Source: Vicugna vicugna | Lineage: Eukaryota | NCBI GenBank assembly: GCA_013265495.1 | Contig: MU058213.1 | Span: 5,227,149 to 5,291,148 of the forward strand | Length of the DNA stretch: 64,000 nt | Direction of reading: 5' to 3' | Part shown: positions 12,393-26,415 of the stretch, in pieces | How the letters are laid out: every line of letters starts with the position of its first letter | Numbering within the stretch: the first letter of the stretch is position 1 | Notes under the pieces: model-generated | The model's input: the letters and a program-made list of their open reading frames with translations, nothing else | Databases searched by the model: none | Told to the model about the DNA's origin: nothing | Translations under genes and position numbers: made by a program

Positions 12393-14624
12393 TTCAGAGG
12401 GATCAAGCAGGTAAAGGGGAGTCCACGGGCATCAAGATGACCTACAGTTGCTGAGTTCTATTTATTTACTTTTTGCCTGGAAGGAGTCTGAAGTGTAGGA
12501 GAATCTAAACAAAGTGTTTTAACACTTTTAAAATAGTAAAATAAGAACAAGAACATATATGCATCTACAGAACCTTACAAAATATTTTCACATTCTTGCC
12601 TTATTACGTGCACACCACCACTATGGAAAATTAGGGCAAGTGTTATCACAATTTTATAACTAGAGAAAATATGGCACAGAGATTTTTAAGTCTACAAAGA
12701 TAAACTGGTTAAGTTGTGGCTCCTACACTTGAATCTGGGTCACCAGATCACAAGTTCATTTCCTTTAGAAACATATTAAAGGCTCTTTTGTGAATAAGGT
12801 GTTGGAGTTAGATGGATATCACGAACTACAGAATCAGAGTATAAGGTCAATGAGTGCAAATAGCGAAAAATAGACAACCCTTTTGTGAAAAGTGAAGATG
12901 ACCCTTTGAGGATGTGGGATGTGGACACAAGAGAACTCACAGAGTCTCCTGTATCTTAAGTTATAAAGAGAACACAACGGAGCAGCCCTCCCCTCAGGTT
13001 GGGGAACCCAGGGCTGAGCGCCTCTCCTCCCCTAGGAAAAGTCGACTCCAACAGGGGCCAAGTGTTACTTCTCTCTCTTTCCTCCATCCTTACGATGATA
13101 TACAATGAGCACTCCTCTCTGCCTAGAAGAAAAATTACAGCCCATTTTCCCATCTTTTATGTTAATAATGTTCTCCAGACATGGCAAGATGATTTAAAAG
13201 GCTGTTCTCTTCATTTCTGCAGCTTTGTGCCATAAAGCACGTGAGCCTGACATAGGAAAAAATCTCCAACCAAACTCAAATACTCTATTTTAGGCTACAA
13301 TGATCTTAGGTCTTCTTATCAAACACAAGGCATTACAGAGAGAGCGCACACTCAGCAACGAAGGACCACATTTGATGAAAATGCCAAATAAATGTTCTGA
13401 ATATCACATTCTGAGCCAACAAGTTAGAATACAACTATGGTGGAGTAAAGTAAAGAAGAGATGAGACACCAAAACACAAATACTTAAAGCACATGTGTAG
13501 GACTTGTTACCTCTCAGCCTCTTTCCTATTTCACTCAAGAAAGTAAAAAATAGAGAGTAACAGATACTACTCTTAAAAGGGGGTTATTTTAAGGCACATA
13601 CAGACAGAACTTCTCTGATGTGCTTTTACCTGAGTGATTACACCCTTACGAAGAATATAAAACTCTTACAACTAAAATCTTTATTTTACTATGGACTTGG
13701 TTGAGCTATGGATCAAATTTTACTGAGTATGTACAGACTGAGCCATTTATAGAATTTTACTAAAAAGAAGCTTTGTCCCTAGAGCTGAGTAACAGAAAAA
13801 TCTCTTCCGTATTTGTGAACGTTGAGCCACAGTTCTATGTTCTCTGATGGGGGCTCATGAAATGACACAGAAGAGACAGTAATTACTTGGTTAATCAGAA
13901 CAGTTTAACTATTTGGATTATTCCTTCAGGGTAAACATTACTTCCTAAAGCAGATTTTATAGTTGCTTAAAAAATATTTTTGGCAGAATTATTATTCTCA
14001 TACGAACATCTGGCGTTGACACAACCTATACACAAGCTAGAAATCATATGATAAGGTAATATGTATAGTCAATAAAGTCAGAAAAATCTGAACTGTGCCA
14101 GAAATTGAGGGGAAATTTATCAAATTTGGATCTCAAGAAATGGCTCCCAATTACAATACTAAGAGTATTTCAAGAACTGTAGCAAATTTTACATACCTGG
14201 TAACAGTAAAAATGAGTTTATTTAATAGCATCAGAATCTATAACACAACTCAGTGAATGGATGGCCATCTTCAAATCTCCAACCTGTGTACAAAATTACC
14301 TTTCAAGGAGCTAGCAACCTTTTTGGTGACCCTGCTATTAAACAATTAGACCGACTACATGTCCAACTAGTCCATTATGTCCTCTAGCAGATTCCTATGT
14401 ATTCTGAGACTGAACAGACCTTACTGAACATTTTACAGCTATACTGACAAACTCTGTAAATGCCCACAACAACACTGGAGACTCTGTATTATATACAGTG
14501 GTGTTAACATTATTCCTCCCGTGAGTCTGTTGGTAGCCTCTCAGAAGCTGAATTGCATGTTTGAGTCAGTTATGAAGATATCTTAGCTCTACCACTCCTC
14601 CATTATACCATCTTAAAAAAAAAA

Positions 14625-14720
14625 AAGTCACTTCATCTCTCTGGACCTCAGTATCTTTGTCTGAAAAATGAGGAGACTGGCTTTAGGGATCCCCGACGTC
14701 TTCTTCAGCCTTAATCTCTT
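14625..14720 (+). mobile_element. MIR fragment
   Basis: Core aagtcacttcatctctctggacctcagt...ctgaaaaatgagg. Confidence 0.6.
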
Positions 14721-15764
14721 GAAGAGGTTACATGTGAAGCAGACCATGTGATCTCCTGTCACCATCAATTCAGGTAACTCCAACTACCCTGGGTTCTTCT
14801 TAGGTGGGCAGAGCAAACAGCTCCTTATTCTCATTCTGAGTGAACAATAAATAAGACCTCACCATATGCGTCCTCTGTTGATAACACTACATTAGATCGA
14901 GCTGTTGAAGGCAAAACCTTAGTTAGGATCTGAGACAATTTCTGTACATTTTTAGCCTATTCTTTAGTTTAACAGGTAAAACTGGAAGGGGGTGAAGTGG
15001 ATAAATAATTACAGATGGCCTAGGTAGTTTTTTCTAACTTTTCCTATATGCTAATGTATCATAAGGCCATTTTTATGTCGGAATTCATCTTAAAGCATGT
15101 ACTACATTTTCTCTGCTTATATATCAAAAAATAAAATCAGCACTTGTTACAGAGAAAAATCGTAAGTAATACAAATCAATTAACCTCCGTTTCTTCTTCA
15201 GTAAACTGAAAGCAAGCTTTGTTCCTTCCTCTATCACAAGGAGTTTGTGGACATGAGAGGAGCAGAGAATTGGGATATAGATTTAAAATAATCAAAATGG
15301 GGAAAATAATACTTCCCCTGGAGCGCTGCTATGAGATTAGAGATAATATAATGGGCACAGAGAAAGCGTACAATAAATCATAGCGATGATGATTATTTAT
15401 CATCGTCATTAGGAGACGCTGTAGCAGAAGGGTCAAGCACAGGATTTATGGTCAGAAAGAACAGCTCCTCTGAGTACCATAGCAGGAAATAACAGACACG
15501 TTGCACAGGGAAGAACATCAGACCCCTGTGACTCAAACTGATATTTCATGATTCTGCGATAACACCCACTGTGGGCCTTGAGTGGGATGCAATGGACAGG
15601 GATAGGAGAATCTCTCCATTCAGAGGGAGAAACGGCTGTTTGGGGGACAGCTCCAAAGTGGTCGTGTCACAACTCTTTCCTTCTCCTCCCAAATATTCTA
15701 GAGGGAGGCCACTCCTCGGGGGGAGGGGGAAAAGTACATCCTTGCTCTCTCCAACTGATTATCT

Positions 15765-16280
15765 ACTATGTAATCAAAGTCTCTTTCTAAAATGCAATTT
15801 TGATCAAGGCATTCATTTACTTAAAATAATCCAGTGACTCACCATTACTGTGGAATAAAACTTGTAGCATGGTTTCCCCAGGCCCAGAGCTCCCTGTCTT
15901 CTTAACCTGGATACACTTTCAGATCCATCAGCACACGATACTCTCCTCCCTCCATGCTTCGCACAGGCTATTACCACCGCTGGTGATGGCCCTGTCTCCA
16001 TCTCCACTTACCTGCCCTTCAGGTATCATCTGGTACATCCCACTTCCTTCTCCAGGAAGCCTTAATACTGGGTGAGATGCCCTTGCTATGGAGAACCAGC
16101 GAACTTCATGCTTCCATATCTGAATAAGCCACACTACGTTACACTTCCCTGTCTACTTGTTTGTTTTCCTTACTATTCTACAAGCATCTTATTTACTCAC
16201 CTTTGTATCCCTAGTGCTTAACCAAGGACATGAAACAGCAGGTGCTCTAAACAAAAAAAAAATCTGCTGAATGAATGAAT
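15765..16280 (+). mobile_element. L2 3' end
   Basis: ctttctaaaatgcaat...ctttgtatccctagtgctta...gctgaatgaatgaat tail. Confidence 0.7.
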
Positions 16281-16794
16281 ATATGGAGGAATGAGTGAAA
16301 GACTGAGAGACTGAGGATGACACCTGGTAGAGCAGGTGAAGGAAGAGCTCTTCTCATGACAAGGCAGACTCCGGAGGCTTCCTAAGTGGAAAGGAGTCCA
16401 AGAGACAAGAGCTTAATTCTTCCCACTCTTTCTGGTTTTTATCCTTTAGTGTTAGACATACTAAGTTGGATGAACCATGAAGTATAACTCAATGTAACAA
16501 AGCAGTTTTATATTTTAAAATTAAAAAAAAAAACACTTCCAGGTTTATTTTTATGGGTCACTAGACAGAACTGTGCTTTTCATCCATGTACTTCCTCTAG
16601 GAGCAATGGCTCAGCATTCACTAACTCAGTGTCCACGCCAATTTTACAGAGCATAACTACAATGAATAATAAGAATCCATTGGATATTAATCTAAAAATC
16701 TGCAGAGGGTTAAATGCTTCATCAGGGTGACTGGTGTCTTCCCTTTCCTGCCTTGCTGAACAGGTCTCCACAAGGGGTCAACAATGGCTTGGGC

Positions 16795-17010
16795 AGAAAG
16801 AGACTTGGGCTTGAATCTCAGGTCTGCCACTTACTCGCATGTGACCTTGTTCAAGACACTAAACCCTTGGTGTTTCATTTTCTTACCTGTAAAATGGGTA
16901 CAATACCTTTTAAAATCTAACTTGTCACACAGGATCACACACAGAATCACATGAATCTTATATGTGAACAAACATTTTATACTCTCAAGTGTTATGCAAA
17001 TATAAAGTAT
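16795..17010 (+). mobile_element. MIR
   Basis: ctgccacttactcgcatgtgaccttg...ttcttacctgtaaaatggg. Confidence 0.7.
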
Positions 17011-18137
17011 ATTATTCCTTTATGTTATAATTTCAAACAAAATTAGGGTATTTCACAGGGAAATGCATGTAACATAATAAAGATCCCATGATTAAAGACT
17101 AACAACCTTCTTATATTCCAGATTTCATTGGAAAAATGAATAGACAAAAATACAAAGACAAGACAAAAATGAATACAGACAAGAATACTGACAAAAATCA
17201 AACTGATGTTAAAATACGAACTTACAAATGACAAAGCACAAATAGATAGATTGAACAAATTTGAGAATAAGTAAGTGAATAATAATGACCCTCCCTTTCC
17301 CTGATCTTCCACTCTGATCCCCCTGGTTGAGCCATCTAGATTCCCTAAGCACTAAAGTAGCCAGAGGGGCTGTGAGATGAATTCTCAACAGCCTACAGGC
17401 ATGCCCAAATGTACCTAAACCTGGAACAGAGAGGAAAGCTGCCAAGTTCACGTTTATCTCCATCCTTCCTTTACCTGCTTCAGGGACCATAAGGAAAGCT
17501 CTCCCACCCCAGACCCCCAGCTTCGTAGGAGCTCTGCCTACAGCTCTGACTCCCTGGAGAGTCACTCACCCTGGTATCCTTCTAAATGCACTTTAGGAAA
17601 AATTAGGGAAACAAAAATTACTTAGTATTTAAGAGAATTCCTCATTTTTTTTTCCCTTTGGCTGGACACCAGTTTATGAGCAAAGGTGGGAGAGACTACT
17701 GTGAAAGCCCTGTATTTCTAACTCCTAGGTCAACATCCTCAAAATCTCCAAAGAGCATCAGATGAAAAGCTTATGGAAGCTTATGGATCAACCACCTTTC
17801 TGGCCAAAGTAACAGCAAAGTGTCAAACAGTATCAGAAACTCCAATAAACCTTTATCTAATCAATCAATGTCTCTCCTAAGGAGGCAAATGAAAACCAAG
17901 ACACTGTTGAGCTGAATAGAAATTTATGTGTACAGTCCTTTGTTTCACCTTATTTCTCAGATATCTGTACATTATTTGAAAAGATGTTTAAATACCTGAA
18001 ACGTATTTGTTGTCTTAACAGTGAAATGGCAGGTGCGGCGGGGAGCAAAAGAACCAGGGCCTTTGATTCTGGTAACTTCCTTTCTACACTGAAGCAGGAG
18101 AGGCCAACCTAAAAAGGTTGACACATGTCCTGTTTCT

Positions 18138-18189
18138 TTTTTTTTTCACATTTTTTTATTGAGTAATAGTTATTTTACAATGTTGTGTC
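18138..18189 (-). mobile_element. 52-bp L1 3'-tip insertion
   Basis: Perfect 17-bp TSD acacatgtcctgtttct (18121-18137, 18190-18206); body matches the terminus of the 40639-40870 copy. Confidence 0.9.
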
Positions 18190-18600
18190 ACACATGTCCT
18201 GTTTCTGACAAAGGTTTTAACTCCCAGGCTTATACTAAATAACAGCTCTGCTCACTGAGGCCATTCCCCAATCCTACACATGAGGCCGGAGAACAGCAGC
18301 TCTGTGATACCCCAGAGCCAGGACTGAACTAAGATTCTGACATTCCCTAAGAGCAATTATCTCCATCTTTCTGAGTCTGCTGAACATGGGAACCCTCTGG
18401 ATGGCAGAGAAGAGTCCCTATAACCAGACAACCGTTTTCTAAAGACTAACATTCCACATGTCACCATCACTCACGGAGATAATTTTAAAATAGTCCTTTG
18501 AAGTCTCACTTCTGTCCCTTCTCCACTCTGACTTCTTTTCTTCTTGCCTAAATGAGGCATCACAATGGCCACCTGGTCAGTGCTGGTCTCCGAAGCCTCT

Positions 18601-18750
18601 CCTCACTACTCAAGGCAGAGAACCAGCAGCACAGACATCACCTGGCAGCTGGGTAAGAATGCAGAAACTCAGGCCCCACCCTCGATCTGCACTTGAAGAT
18701 TCCAACTGATATGTGATATGTGTGTGCGTTAAAGTTCGAGAAGCACTGCT
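18601..18750. mobile_element. MER5A-like hAT MITE
   Basis: accagcagcacagacatcacctgg...aatgcagaaactcaggccccacc...aaagttcgagaagcactgct. Confidence 0.75.
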
Positions 18751-19738
18751 CTAAGCCATCCACACTATCAACCAACCATCCGCTTTTCTGGTAAGCCAAT
18801 CCTCCTCAGCCTCGGAAGGCCCGAACTGGGCATTCCGTAGTTCCCAGCAGCACTTTCCACTCTTTCTCATGTGTGCACAGAAAGCAAGCTGTTTTCCAGA
18901 GAACATGGGTAGAGTACCTGGCACACTCACAAACATGTATTTTCTTTCTCTGTATCTATTCACCACTGCCAATGTCCTCATATCTCTTTCAGTTGGCCCC
19001 TGTCCTGTCATAGTATCTCTTCTTCCCAGGATCCTCTAGTGAAGACACACACCAGGCACTGATGTCAAAGTTTTGACTCTACAATTTATTTGGTGGTGAA
19101 TCAGGAAAACTAACGTCTCTAGGCCTCGGCTTTCTCCTCTGTCATTGAGGATGTTAATAACGGTGCCTGCCCTTGGGGCTGCTGTGAAGGCACTGCATTT
19201 GGCATTAGCTACAGCTAGCGTTCATGCTCAGCTCCAGACCTTTCCACTGACCTTGTGTGGATACCTCCCTTTTCTTTCAAGGGCTACAGCACTGACAGGC
19301 CAAGCCACACGACTTAGCACATAAGTTAACTCTCCTGTGGAGATCTTTGTTTTGTGTTACTGGTTTTGTCTCCTAACCTGGATCTTAAAAGAAAAAAAAA
19401 GTGTCAGTGTAACTTCCCCACACTCAACGCCTCTCCACACCCTTAACCCAGCACAGTGCTGAACACTTTGTAGCTGACAATCGCATACCTGCTCGTCAGC
19501 TGACTGGCGTACTGATGTAAGTGGCCTGCCCCTGCACCTATATGTGAACTGTCTACATACTGACATAGGGATATTGTTAGAATTAGTGACATATTCTGTT
19601 TCATTGGTTGTTTAGTTCAAGCTGTTGCAAGTGTGCTCAGATCTGTATTCCATGTGACTGCTATCTGTGTTTGGTGGTGGAACTGTATTTCTGGTGGAGC
19701 CTGAGTTTCTCTTTTCAATGTACTTGGATTTCACATAC

Positions 19739-19868
19739 CTACAGGAATGGTCATCCCGTGAATTTTATCAGCCCAGCCTGCATAATACCGAAGGGTTTTG
19801 ATGACGCCTTGCAAATCCACGTAGAAAGCTTGCAGGAACGGTTTGCCACCATTTAGGGATTCCATGGT
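19739..19868 (-). CDS. ALDH1A2: ALDH1A2 exon 4: [43 protein letters not shown](D)
   Basis: Acceptor CAG, donor GTATGT; 130 nt, phase 0-1. Confidence 0.98.
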
Positions 19869-22719
19869 CTGTAGGAAAAGAAATGGAGAGAACGTTCCAG
19901 TGATACACTAAATAATTTCCAGAGCAGAAGGCAAAAGGAGGAGTGAGAATACAAATGGATCAGAATAATGATGCATACCTGGTCAACTCTGATTTCCCAA
20001 ATGAAAAGAGTTTTAGTACCGCTCATTTAGTTTAGTTTCCAGTAAAAACCACAATGAATATATATGTGCATGTTACTGTGTTTCCAGTAACCACCATTCC
20101 AAAATATAAACACAACTGGTGATAAAGAAGTGTTCTGCTTGTCAGACCAGCTTCTGTTATATTAATGATCAGAGCTGTATGGGGATTTTTTGGAGTCTAC
20201 ACCAGTAATCTGAATCTATAAAGAGAAGCAGGGACATGGGCTTTTATGCAATTGATGAGAATATAAAATGTTCTCCACAGCTGCCAAGACCCCTGCTGAG
20301 AAATGGAACAGCCACAGTGCACAGTGAGTTTATTTATTACCAGCACATAAACAAGGTCTCCTCTCGGGAAGCTCGTACTGTAACAACTTGAGGGCTGGTT
20401 TTTTGTAAATATTTATGTTAACGACCATTATCTATTAAGAATGAAGTATCTGTTCCATTTAATAAAAATAGAGTTAGATTTATTAAGCAGTTTAAGATTA
20501 CAAACATTATTATTTTAATGACATGTTCCTAAATAGGGTAACAAAAAGAATTATAAAAGAACACAATGAAATGAGAAAAGAGAATTTTGACTTGAGAAAT
20601 ATTAAAGGCGCTACAAATTTAACAAATAAAATAAATAAAAACCTATGTTTGTAATCGCATGTCCTTCTCTTCAAAGACATTTTATAACACACATTGGTAT
20701 GAAAAGTATTTGAGTGACAAAATTAAAACTGAAATATTCTCCATCCAATGACATGAAAATACTGTTACTTACTCTGACTTTATGCACTTACCATGTGTAT
20801 AAGATGGGACTCAATTTAAAATATCATGTGACCTATCACTGTGTATTGGCTCACCATTACAGGGAATCAAATTATTTCCCAGTTCTTTTCAGATTAAGTA
20901 ATCTAAAAAGTTTAAACTAGTATAAATATACGTCCATGAGATGAGCGTTACATTCTCCACTCAGGTGGCCCAGAGCCAAGGTGTAGGCAGCACAGACTGA
21001 AGTGCAGTCAATAACCAGAACCTGGGCTACCTAAATGGTTCATCCCTATGAGCTGTTGACACCAGTGAAACTCATCTGAGAGTCGCCAGCCCGAGGTTTA
21101 TTTTCAACTGTGTTTACCTGGGTACAGCAGTAACTTCAGTTTTCTGGTCAGGAGCTCCCCTGTATTCCAGAGGATACTTACTAAAACTCACCCTTCTCAT
21201 GGGATGGCTTCGGAATGTTTAAAAGTAGGAATCTCATTTAGGTGTGGTGGAAAAAGGACTTGACCACAGTGAGACATATGTCAGAAAATGGATGGCATCT
21301 GAATTTCATGACATGAAAATGTAACTACAGAAATGAACTACATCATTATCTAGTAAATACTGCTAATCTAATGTTGCAAATATTGTACAGATTTAACTCA
21401 ATTAAACAGACACTTACAGACCATCAACATGCCCCAATCACCACTTATGTACCAGGAACTGTGCTAGCATTACAAAAAAAAAAAAAAGGAGCAAAATACA
21501 GTTTTCACTCTCAAAGAAACCATAATCCAGTGAAGAGACAGCATATATACCAGTATTCCCCCAAGGTATTCCAAAGAATTCTATTTCGCACAATATTGAT
21601 AGGTTAGCCAGAAAAATAGTGTTGCGGTTCCAAAAAGCTTGAGAAATACTGAGTAGGGCTTTTCAGAGTCTTTAACATGCTCTATGTCTTGTGAATCTCT
21701 AAGGAGTTACTTCACCATGAAACACTTTTTCCCAATATGTATAAACACCTCATTGGAAACAGTATTCTTTGAAATACCAAACTAGAAAATGTTTTTGTAG
21801 GTAAGTAAATGTTATATATGGCAAGAGTTCCAAACCACCTCCATTAATGATTCATTTTGGTTCCCACACTACAAACAGATCCCCAAGGGGGTTGGAGGAG
21901 GGCGAGCCATGGTAGAAAAGACACTGAGGAAGGGCCCAAAGTGTCCCTTCCCAAAGCAAACCCAACAGCGTCCTGCTTTCCCAACCAGAGAGCAGGACAC
22001 AGCATCCATGGCTTGAATGCCCTGACTGAACAAAGATGCCCTAAGTCGTAGATGATCAACTGCTGGTCATGCAGGTGAAGTTCCCTGGTTTCTACAAAGT
22101 TTGTATTCTCTGAGAAACTGACTTCTACTTTAAAAACAGCAGCAGCGACAACAAACCACTATGAGAGCGGAAGTCCCTTACATGAGAAAATGATCATAAT
22201 GCTCATTCTGCTAACTAGTTGTAGAAAGTGACAGAAGAACAAAGGGAGCAGAAGTACGAGGGAAGTCCACGCCATGCCCTCTGCTTCTGAAGGCTTCCCT
22301 TTAGTCAAGAGGGCTAACTCTGGAGAGGTAAAACTGGTCCTGCTTGCTTGCCAAAAGAGTCATTTGGTATTGGTTTCCTGCAAGCAGCATGATGAGTCTC
22401 CTGTTGCTTGACTGTGTTTGTTTTGTTTTGTTTGCTGAGGATGGGAGGAAGGGGGACAAGGAAAGCAGGAAGGTCCTTTCCAGTCATGGGAAGCTATGGT
22501 TTTGAACTTCAAAATTCAGCAAGAAGAGACACTCAGCTGGTCCTCCACTTCCCCATGTGACCCCAAAAGCCAAACCTCTCCTGTTTATGCACACCATGTA
22601 CTCCGTGGCTTGTTCCCCAGGCTTGCTTCACCTCATATTTTCAGAAAGCCTAAGGAATCTAGATTTCAATGGGATGGTAAGCTGGGGGTAAAGACTCGAT
22701 GTTTTGTCAGGCTACTTAC

Positions 22720-22860
22720 TGCAAGGACTGCCCTGTCTCGTTCCACCAGGTCTGCAAGCTTATCCAACAGACGTCCTCTTTCTGAAGCGTCCATCCTTCT
22801 CCACACTGAACCAAGAGAGAAAGCCAGGCGGGCTGCCTGCACTGCTTTGTCTATGTCTGC
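22720..22860 (-). CDS. ALDH1A2: ALDH1A2 exon 3: [47 protein letters not shown]
   Basis: Acceptor CAG, donor GTAAGT; 141 nt. Confidence 0.98.
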
Positions 22861-23039
22861 CTGTTAGAGAGGAAGAGGCACAAGTGAAGAGAGGTAATGC
22901 TGCAAATAAAGCAAGAACCACTTGCTTTCACAAAAAGTGACTAATGACATCAGTGGTGATGTCTGGAGAGCATGTTTAGTGCTTTGCTGTCTCAAGGTAC
23001 TTATCTCATAGGGAATTTTTTTTTCTAAGACGGACGTAC

Positions 23040-23144
23040 CTTGTCTGCTTCTTGAACTTCACACACCTGCTCTCCTGTGGCTGGATTATAGACAGGGAAC
23101 ACTCTGCCGCTCTCTGAGTTCTGCCACTCGTTGTTAATAAAGAT
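23040..23144 (-). CDS. ALDH1A2: ALDH1A2 exon 2: [35 protein letters not shown]
   Basis: Acceptor TAG just above 23144, donor GTACGT below 23040; 105 nt, phase 0-0. Confidence 0.98.
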
Positions 23145-24883
23145 CTAAGGGAGCAGACAACAGAATGGGGTCTGTGAGACAAGTGCAGGAAGCCAGCCGG
23201 TGGTGGAGTGTTACACGGAAGCACCATGGTAGTAACACTTCCTCTATCTGCTTGCTGGTATACATATAATTAAAGTACAGAATTTGAAGAGGTACGAGAC
23301 CATAGATTATTGAGCAGTCCAGCCTCACCTCCAATTCAGGAATTTCCTTTATGGTATTTTTACCTCAATATCATCCAGAGATTAAATATAATTCTTATCT
23401 TTACTGAACCTGTCAAGTAGTGAGAGAGCCAAACAAGGAAGGGAGGACAGAGAGTCTCACATACATATAAACCATACACTGAGGGTAAGAAAGTATTAGA
23501 GTCCAACCTCTGACCAATATCTCAGAAAAGTAAATCGTGGATCAAATGGACAATCATTAGGCCTTGGATACTAGTTTCTCCGTCAGAGGCATAAGTGACT
23601 TCACAGGGAAACCTGAAGTGTGCTGGAATAAGCATTTGTCTAATTTACAGTCAGATTCCAAACTGAGCAACGACTGAACAAACCAACTGGTGCGTTAAAC
23701 AAGTTACATGTGTAAATCCAAGTCAGATTTCTTTCCTTTTGCTGGAGAGGCTCTGTGGCTCAGCAAAGGGAAAGGCCTATAACTTTCAAACTGGTCTCTC
23801 TAGGACTTCGTAAGAGCCTTGGTTTCTTTATACAGGAAATGAAGATTATATTAAAATGGCAAGGAGAATAATGGCTTAAGAAATTATTCAAGTCAACTTC
23901 TCAGAAGATTTGTAAGATATGGTTTAAAGGAGGAGGGAAAAATACAGACAAAGACATTTTTAAAAATTTTATTGAGAAACCCAAACTAATATTTTTGGAC
24001 AATGAAAGCTCAAAGCATACACAAAGATATTTTACTCTATAAAATTTATGGCACAACCACGAAAATTTCTAAACTTATGAGTCAGTCAGTTTAGAACAAA
24101 CACAATGATAAACTGGTTTGCTACTGCCTGGTATTTGAATAATCACAGACAAGGTTAAGTGAGTGTAGATCTGCAATTTTAAATATTAAGTTTCAGATTA
24201 TTTCAAAGCTTTGCTTTTTCCTTGATTTAATAATACAGTGAGCCTGGGTTGAAGGAGTCTTTTCCTGAAGGCTTTTTAAGATAAGGGGAAAAATTACCTT
24301 AACTCTGTAAAAGCACTTAATACAAATGTATTGAGCACAAATATGATGACCTTGAAATTGCATGTTTTACAGTTTTTCATATGTCGTTTGTTAACATACT
24401 TAACATAACGTATTCATTTGTATAATGTATTCATTAAATGTGTAGATATTTCTAGACACAGGAGAGAGAAAGATGAGTAAGAGTTCTAGCCCTCCAAGTT
24501 GAACAGTCTCCAGTAGTTCATTAAATACTTACAACAACCCTAATGACAGGATTTTATTATCTCTACTGAAGATGAAAAAATTGAGGGAGGTTAGAAGTCC
24601 AAAGAAGCAGGTTCTCACCATGGCTCTGATGCAGGCTGCTGCTCTTTCCACCACACCATGGCTTCCAGAATTGCTCAGCCCAAAGAAACACAACTGTGTC
24701 CAACCCTAAGTTAAGATCTATAATTCTTGGAGCCCTGGTCTAGTTCTCTTTTTATTCCACTTAACAAATTTCCTAACAATTCACAGCTCTTCAAATCTGC
24801 ATACTATTTTGAAACACAATAAACCTCCAAGGTGACAAAAGGGGAAAAAATTAAGAGGTTAATTTCATTAAAGATTCACTTCT

Positions 24884-24937
24884 CCCTGTACACCAGAAAT
24901 TGACACATTGTAACTGACTATACATCGATTAAAAAAA
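24884..24937 (+). mobile_element. ~54-bp L1 3'-tip insertion (second subfamily)
   Basis: TSD attcacttct at 24874-24883 and 24938-24947; body ctgtacaccagaaattgacacattgtaactgactatac plus A-tail. Confidence 0.8.
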
Positions 24938-25242
24938 ATTCACTTCTAGAGTATTACCAGGTTTAAGGGAGAATGGGTCTTGCCAATATTCCTTACTCCT
25001 TTTATTGACTATTTGACTAGAACTTCTTCACCCTTGGAACATAATTAGATCCAATTTAAGTTCATAGGCTTCTTTGTTGAACATTTATAACTATATGTAA
25101 GGATTGATATTTCACGACTTTTATTGTATTTTGGAGGTCTTTCAAAGATCAAAGAGAAAAATTACTTATTTTTAATAGGATAAAATTAATTATTTTATTG
25201 CTATCATTTAGGTCCAGTGATCATTTTATTAATCTAAAATAC

Positions 25243-25627
25243 AAGTAAGCCAGAAAGAGAAAGAAAAATACCATATGATATCACTTATATGTGGAACCTA
25301 AAAAAAAAAAGACAAATGAACTTATTTACAAAACAGAAACAGAGTCAAAGACATAGAAAACAAACTTATGGTTACCAGCGGGGGAAGAGGGTGGGAAAGG
25401 ATAAATTGGGAGTTCAAGATTTGTAGATACTAACTAACATATATAAAATAGATAAACAAGAAGTTTATATTGTATAGCCCAGGGAACTATATTCAATATC
25501 TTATAATAACTTATGGTGAAAAAGAATATGAAAACGAATATATGTATGTTCCTTTATGACTGAAGTATTGTTCTGTACACTAGAAATTGACACAACATTG
25601 TAAACTGACTGTACTTCAGTTAAAAAA
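25243..25627 (+). mobile_element. Young L1 3'UTR fragment
   Basis: aagtaagccagaaagagaaagaaaaataccatatg...ttgacacaacattgtaaactgactgtacttca; closely similar to the reverse complement of 34345-34750. Confidence 0.9.
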
Positions 25628-25974
25628 TATATATATATACACATTATGGTACTATATAGAAGTTTGGAAAAAATACATTTAAATAGTCTTCTCTATCTAT
25701 ATGTTAAGTTCAATAAAATTTTTACCTTAAAAACATATTTCACTGATGTCTTATTGTCCTTATGAAACTCACATTCCTTGATATGGATACATTTAGTTGC
25801 CCACCATAATCTATCCTTACACCCTGCACCAGCCTTTGATCTTTCTGGAAGATTCTTGATTTTGTTTAGTTCAGGGCAGATCCTACTGACAGGCTAGTTA
25901 GTATAACTTACAGATCCCTTTTCAATAATTTTTGTATTGAAGTATAGTTGATTTTATAATCTTTTCTAATATAT

Positions 25975-26415
25975 AAAATATTTCAGGTTACAAAGGAAAC
26001 AAGTCATTTTGAAATACAGTTATCAAAAACAAATCTGTAGAATAGTAATATATGTATGCCTTTATTAACACATCAAATAACAAGATTATAAACTTAAAAT
26101 AAAGGCATTAAAATTGTTTAAATTTTTAACAGATCTATCCAGTGTGAAGACTATTGTTGCTTGGCATAAATAAGAACATTAAATTATGGGGCTGCCTTTG
26201 GCTCACCTCCTTCTGTGTGTTGATCAGAAAACAAGCAAAATAGAGAATGCAGGAACTATAACTGTATTGTGATATGAAAATATTTGTGATTTCTAATGGT
26301 GATAAAGTGAAAAGACACCATTACTATTGTGGTTTTTTGCCTACTTACATAAATGAAAGAAATAAGATTTTAGTTAGAGATTATTGAAAAATAAAGATAT
26401 AATGTTATCCAATCC
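25975..26415. mobile_element. Charlie1-like hAT transposon terminal fragment, interrupted around 26090-26250
   Basis: ttgaaatacagttatcaaaa, actgtattgtgatatgaaaatatttgtgatttctaatggtga and agttagagattattgaaaaataaagat resemble the recalled Charlie1 consensus. Confidence 0.65.

Noticed and set aside
17143..17200. Degenerate gacaaaaat repeats
   Set aside because: Low-complexity minisatellite-like sequence without unique spacers or other structure; not CRISPR-like
22496..22867. 123-aa plus-strand ORF
   Set aside because: Antisense shadow of exon 3 with no independent coding evidence
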